Assembly (NCBI GenBank): GCA_026396515.1
Contig: JAPLWQ010000002.1
Span: forward strand, 193,230 to 257,229
Length of the DNA: 64,000 nucleotides
Reading direction: 5' to 3'
Origin: Candidatus Magasanikiibacteriota bacterium
Lineage (GTDB): Bacteria; Patescibacteriota; Patescibacteriia; Magasanikbacterales; GWA2-37-8
In this document: positions 59,601-64,000 of the stretch, in pieces
Layout of the letters: every line of letters starts with the position of its first letter
Numbering within the stretch: the stretch's first letter is position 1
Position numbers and translations under genes: made by a program
Notes under the pieces: generated by a model
What the model was told of the DNA's origin: nothing
Database searches by the model: none
What the model saw: only the letters and a program-made list of their open reading frames with translations

Positions 59601-59695
59601 CCTTACGAGTCAAAACACCCCGGAGACGGGGTGTTTTGTTTTTATGATTCCCTCACTACGAATTGGTGGACCTCGAATAAAATCTAAAAAATATA

Positions 59696-60133
59696 TTACT
59701 TAGCCGTTCGATCGCCGGCGGAATTGAAGATGCAAATTACGGCGCCGATAATAATTAAAATGTCAGCCAAGTTGAATAGACTGGTAACAAATAGGAAATA
59801 ATCGAGTGTCTTATGGAAGACAAGACGGTCAAATAGGTTGGAGATAGCTCCAAGCAAAATAAATAAAAATCCAAAACGTAAAATAGTATTTTTAGCATGG
59901 AAAAAATAAGTGAGCAGGATTGTAATAAATGCTATCGAAAGTATGATTATCGCGATTTGCGGAACAGGCAGGCCGAAGGCGATACCGGTATTTGTTGAAG
60001 GCGACCAACCTAAAAATCGGTTAACATATGCATCATGGCTCCAGGCAGATGCTGATAAAGTTTTAAATATACGGTCGGCGATAAATAAAAAACCGCCGAC
60101 AATTACGAGTGCCAGGCGGGTGTTGTTCGCCAT
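59696..60133 (-). CDS. lspA: Signal peptidase II
   Basis: NTGIAFG, GAISNLFDR, FNLAD. Confidence 0.92.
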   Translation of the reverse strand: MANNTRLALVIVGGFLFIADRIFKTLSASAWSHDAYVNRFLGWSPSTNTGIAFGLPVPQIAIIILSIAFITILLTYFFHAKNTILRFGFLFILLGAISNLFDRLVFHKTLDYFLFVTSLFNLADILIIIGAVICIFNSAGDRTAK

Positions 60134-60148
60134 ATGATTATCTCAAGA

Positions 60149-60538
60149 TTACAATTCTTGAGTAATGGTTTTTTTGCATTCAACGCAGGCGCTTGAAGTT
60201 GGGCGAGCCAACAGGCGTTTTTCTTCAATCGCTTTTCCACAATATTTACACACCCCGTAAGTTCCTTTTTCAATACGCTCCATGGCTTTGTTCACGTCGC
60301 GTAGAGTTTTTTCCAGCCCTTCCTCAACTGGAAGATTATTGATATATTCAGCCACTTCAGCCGCGTTTTCATCTTCCTTATCTCCGTATTCGGGGAATTG
60401 CGTATCAAAATCATCAGCCACATGCTGGCTTTTTTTTGTAAATTGGCCCAGCTCATTTTCGAGCTTTAGGCGCTGTTCTTCCAGTTGTTTTGCAATCTCG
60501 TCTAGGAAGTCCTTGGAAAAAGAAGATTTTACATTCAT
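60149..60538 (-). CDS. TraR/DksA C4 zinc-finger protein
   Basis: GTYGVCKYCG..RLLARP..CVECK; own promoter TTGACC-17-TATAAT at 60613-60585. Confidence 0.9.
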   Translation of the reverse strand: MNVKSSFSKDFLDEIAKQLEEQRLKLENELGQFTKKSQHVADDFDTQFPEYGDKEDENAAEVAEYINNLPVEEGLEKTLRDVNKAMERIEKGTYGVCKYCGKAIEEKRLLARPTSSACVECKKTITQEL

Positions 60539-60632
60539 AAAATTAATTGAATTCACTGTATCCACAGTAATAGTATATGGCACTATTATACAAATTTATT
60601 ACCGATAGGTCAAGCAAATGGCCTGAAAATAT

Positions 60633-60981
60633 AAAAGGCCGATACGCCCGTATAACATTGTTGTTTTGAGGCCTCGGCCTTTATTTGTCTACGAGTAAGC
60701 TTTTTTGCCCCTTTCGGGGCCTGTCGGCATTACGCCGTAGAACGATGATTCCAACCGCTTTGGGGTAGTACTCCAGACTTGTCGGCCGATATACGGCACA
60801 ACGAGTTAATAGCGGAGATACCCGGGTTGAAGTCGGAATGCCATGATTTCATTTTTTTATTTGATCGTGGTATTTCGGCTTGTGTTTTTTGCAGTTTGGA
60901 ATCGTAGTGGATTGTATCAATGAACGACATTTACATTTCTTACTACCTAAATAGTATACCATATTTTTGGTATCCTGTCAA
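60633..60981 (-). other. Stand-alone transcription unit (66-aa ORF 60730-60930 and/or structured ncRNA)
   Basis: TTGACA-17-TATACT at 60981-60953; terminal hairpin AAAGGCCGA..TCGGCCTTTT at 60682-60633. Confidence 0.5.
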
Positions 60982-61046
60982 GGGTGGGTGTTTTTTGGCA
61001 GGTTTTCTTTAATATTAGCCAAAAAAATGCATATTTTGCAATATTT

Positions 61047-61183
61047 TTTGTGTACACTAGTGTATACAAACATTATTTTAGCTATAATTAGGGCAAACTA
61101 TTAGGATTTGTACATAATTTATCCCCATATTCACAGAGTTATCCACAGACATATCCACTTTTGTATACACTAGCGTACACAAA
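61047..61183. promoter_or_regulatory. Two 24-bp palindromes enclosing a DnaA-box cluster
   Basis: Palindromes 61047-61070 and 61160-61183; TTATCCCCA 61119, ATATTCACA 61127, TTATCCACA 61139, ATATCCACT 61151. Confidence 0.7.
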
Positions 61184-61302
61184 CTGATAGATTAAGTGAC
61201 ATTAAGTTCCTAAGCAGCCTGCGCACCCCGGGATAAATATTTTTTTTGTTAAATACCCGCATGCTTGCTCATTAATTGGATACGGAGTAGACTATACCGC
61301 AT

Positions 61303-62421
61303 ATGAGCCACATAATAACAATTATTCTATTGATTTTGGCTGCCCTAGGCATTGTGTTTGCCAGCCATTTTTTCGTTTATTATTCACTTGGTCATTTTTT
61401 TAAGATTGTTAACCCTGACATCAACACGGCGATGGCTATTGTAATCTCAATTCTAGCTGTTAGCTTTATTGTCGCTTCCGTATTGGCCCACTGGAAGGAG
61501 AACATATTTACTCGGGCACTATATTTTACTTCCGGTCTGTGGCTCGGGTTATTGGTGAACCTGATCATTGCTTTATTGTTAGGATGGTTGGTTTCAGCGT
61601 TAGTGCATTCCGTCGGCATATATCCAAATTTGGCTATAATTGGCGTATTATCAGTTATTTTGGCGCTAATTTACACCTCTTGGGGTGTTTGGAGTGCATT
61701 TAATCCGGTCGTTCGGCATGTGGATATTACCATTAAAAACCTGCCTGAATATTGGAAGCAAAAGACAGTGGTACAAATATCAGACGTGCATTTGGGCCAT
61801 GTTTTTAACAAAAATTTCTTGAATAAAGTGGTAAGTCAAATAAACGCGGAAATGCCGGAAGCAGTATTCATCACCGGTGATTTGTTTGATGGTATGGACG
61901 GGCAGTTGGTTTCTCACGTCGGTCCGCTTGATAGTATTATCGCTAAGTATGGTGTGTTTTTTATTACCGGTAATCATGAAATATATTTTGGCGTTGACCG
62001 GGCAAAACAAATATTGTCACAAACAAAAGTGCGCATTTTATCAGATGAGACAGTCGATTTGGAAGGCCTTCAAATTGTCGGCTTAAATTATTCTGACCAA
62101 TTTGAAGACCGCGATCTTGTAAAACTAATCGGCGAACAGAAAAATTTTTCCGCTGATCGTCCGGCGATATTGCTTTATCACAGCCCGGTGCAGGTAGATA
62201 AGATTAAAAAGGCGGGCATTGATCTTCAACTTGCCGGCCATACTCACGGCGGCCAGATGTTTCCTTTCGGATATATTACCCGGCTGATATTCAGGGGATA
62301 TGACTATGGCTTGTCACGGGATGGCGATTTTTCAATTTACACCACTAGTGGGGTCGGTACATGGGGCCCGACCATCCGTACCGGTAACCGACCAGAAATA
62401 GTGGTCTTACATTTTCAATAA
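61303..62421 (+). CDS. Membrane-anchored metallophosphoesterase (YkuE/YaeI-like)
   Basis: SDVH, TGDLFD, GNHE, GHTHGGQ. Confidence 0.92.
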   Translation: MSHIITIILLILAALGIVFASHFFVYYSLGHFFKIVNPDINTAMAIVISILAVSFIVASVLAHWKENIFTRALYFTSGLWLGLLVNLIIALLLGWLVSALVHSVGIYPNLAIIGVLSVILALIYTSWGVWSAFNPVVRHVDITIKNLPEYWKQKTVVQISDVHLGHVFNKNFLNKVVSQINAEMPEAVFITGDLFDGMDGQLVSHVGPLDSIIAKYGVFFITGNHEIYFGVDRAKQILSQTKVRILSDETVDLEGLQIVGLNYSDQFEDRDLVKLIGEQKNFSADRPAILLYHSPVQVDKIKKAGIDLQLAGHTHGGQMFPFGYITRLIFRGYDYGLSRDGDFSIYTTSGVGTWGPTIRTGNRPEIVVLHFQ

Positions 62422-62483
62422 TTTGCTTATTGAGGAGGGAATATTCTCTGACAGCGGCAGTAGCCATTGTCGGTTTTTTGTTG

Positions 62484-62596
62484 GTAGATCACTGTACTCA
62501 GACTTTAAACCCCATTATGCTGGATTTGAGACGGTGGATGGAGGGAATACCCTTGCTTAATACCCTGTAGGTGGTTCACAATGTTCACTTGTTCAC
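62484..62596. repeat. Contiguous modules B-C-A (third 36-bp copy at 62561-62596)
   Basis: TACCCTGTAGGTGGTTCACAATGTTCACTTGTTCAC (31/36 to copy 2); 62484-62513 matches 12542-12571. Confidence 0.75.
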
Positions 62597-62724
62597 TACT
62601 TAACTATAATGCACCGAACAATTGAAAAAGGGCGATTAGGTAGATGATGAATAAAAAGCATCCATTAATATAGTATTTTACCATTGCCCTAGAAACCTTA
62701 TGAATATTTTTAGCTTCTTTTTTA

Positions 62725-63198
62725 TTACTCCCACCAATTAATAGTTCTGTATATAAATTCAAAAGATATAATCTTTCTATCCTTAGCATAGCGTTCAATA
62801 TCCTTATCTTTCATGTGCCAGGAATAGGTGTTTTTGCCTTTACGCTGTAAAGCCAGCAAATGTTTCAGCGACAGAATATAACAATAAATTTTTTCGCCAG
62901 CGTCAATCACCAAAGCAAAATAAGGTTTGCATTTGAACGCTTTACAGGCCTTTTTGATTTTCCTGAAATTGTCGTTATCTATGCTTAACGGCGTTCCTTC
63001 CTTGCCGACATTCCGGCTTCTGCCTTTAACAGAAATGCCTATCACTTCTTTTGAACGCAGCCTTCGGGCAATAATATCAATGCCGGTATGGTCTATGATG
63101 GCGCATTCAAAGCCATATTTGGAAAGCCAATAGCGGATAATATTTTCACAAAAATCACCGGTAATCTTGGCATGCCTTGAACTTTTTTTAAGCTTCAT
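62725..63198 (-). CDS. PD-(D/E)XK-like nuclease fold protein
   Basis: TGDFCE..WLSKYG..GIDIIA..ISVKGR, a variant D..(E/S)xK pattern. Confidence 0.6.
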   Translation of the reverse strand: MKLKKSSRHAKITGDFCENIIRYWLSKYGFECAIIDHTGIDIIARRLRSKEVIGISVKGRSRNVGKEGTPLSIDNDNFRKIKKACKAFKCKPYFALVIDAGEKIYCYILSLKHLLALQRKGKNTYSWHMKDKDIERYAKDRKIISFEFIYRTINWWE

Positions 63199-63437
63199 AT
63201 TATCTAAAAACCCGCCGAACATAAAAGCGGCGGGTGTGTTTGTTAGTGATTATAGCTGGCAATATCCATAAATAAGCCAAAAATATGCTTATGGCTATAT
63301 TATATCAAAATTAAGCCGTTTTGTCCGTATAAACAAAACGCCCACTGAGGAGGGATCCTTGGTGGGGCTTTGTGCTCATATTATTGAGCCCGAGTATTAT
63401 AGGAGAATACTTGACTTTTAGCCATATTTTGCCTCTC

Positions 63438-63536
63438 TTGACAGGGAAGGTCGTTTTTGGTAAGATATCATCACAATAAATAAACCTGCGACATTTCACC
63501 TGATTTTCTAATCGGGCGAAGGTCGCGGGTTTTTTT
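63438..63536 (+). promoter_or_regulatory. Promoter followed by long terminator-like leader hairpin
   Basis: TTGACA-17-TAAGAT; AAACCTGCGAC..GTCGCGGGTTT plus T run. Confidence 0.6.
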
Positions 63537-63585
63537 ATTTAAGGCGCAGCAAATTTAGCCAATAATAATTAATTAATAATTCTAT

Positions 63586-63894
63586 ATGCTTAGTGCTTTG
63601 GAAGATAGCCAAATACAGACAAGTCGGAGCGGAGCTGGAAAGGGGGTTGAAAGAACTGAGGACATTAGCCGAGACATAATGTTTAAAAGGAAATTCAAGG
63701 AATATTTTAATGATGCCGAGCTAGTAGAATTGCTAGCGTCGGTTAAGACGCAGGCTAAAGTGAATCCTGCAATGTTGAAGTTCTGCTTAGAACAAATATT
63801 TGGTCGTGCTCCTCAACGGGAGAAGGATTCAAATGACGAACAAGCCCGGATGCAGATGGCTCGGATAGAGGATTATATGAAAAAATTTTTTTGA
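63586..63894 (+). CDS. Hypothetical protein, possibly phage/island-type
   Basis: SRSGAGK..FCLEQIFGRAPQ resembles small terminase-like island proteins (recollection, unverified). Confidence 0.55.
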   Translation: MLSALEDSQIQTSRSGAGKGVERTEDISRDIMFKRKFKEYFNDAELVELLASVKTQAKVNPAMLKFCLEQIFGRAPQREKDSNDEQARMQMARIEDYMKKFF

Positions 63895-64000
63895 AATTAG
63901 AGCAGATTAAGACTGCTGTATGGGAAATTTAAACTCTTTACAAGGTTTTTTTCGAAACAGATAAAAAACGCCGTAACGGTTTTGGCAGAGGAGGTGACTC

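Noticed and set aside
60700-60800. c-di-AMP (ydaO) riboswitch, SRP RNA or tmRNA
   Set aside because: Only isolated short motif matches, on inconsistent strands; kept as an unassigned candidate instead.
62604-62798. 64-aa minus-strand ORF
   Set aside because: It overlaps the nuclease gene end and has no start signals or motifs.
63877-63933. Programmed -1 frameshift at A6T7 extending ORF 63586
   Set aside because: It would add only about 14 aa, no stimulatory structure is evident, and it cannot be supported without homologs.
1-64000. Alternative genetic code (TGA readthrough), DGR or retron
   Set aside because: Conserved genes such as epmA and DUF167 end at TGA in expected positions and long genes are intact in code 11; no reverse transcriptase or TR/VR pair was seen.

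Overview
Origin-proximal 64 kb of a small bacterial chromosome. The gene content, the AT-rich and mostly SD-less starts, the type IV pilus genes and the tRNAs without encoded CCA suggest Patescibacteria/CPR (inference). It holds rpmH-dnaA-oriC-dnaN, three parS sites, housekeeping genes (ruvB, efp/epmA, rpsF-ssb-rpsR, ychF, rmuC, rpsT, holA, polA, hppA, tig, nfo, rnpA, lspA, PBP1A), a pilBCMNO cluster, a cohesin/dockerin/WxL-like surface operon and 8 tRNAs. No CRISPR array, rRNA, transposase or integrase was seen. The most unusual signals are non-coding. (1) Three tRNA genes carry a shared multi-hairpin element whose flanks are an inverted and a direct copy of that particular tRNA's own end. 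(2) A set of modular repeats brackets cargo genes at 12.4-14.6 kb and recurs as an apparently empty site at 62.5 kb. (3) A 24-bp palindrome occurs in two pairs, each with a satellite DnaA-box cluster, on either side of oriC. (4) Five orphan mini-cassettes have their own promoter and a strong SD. (5) hppA has a synonymously recoded duplicate 3' end with an in-frame palindromic insert. (6) A stand-alone promoter-to-terminator unit of about 310 nt lies at 60.6-61.0 kb. All calls were made by eye; no database search was run.
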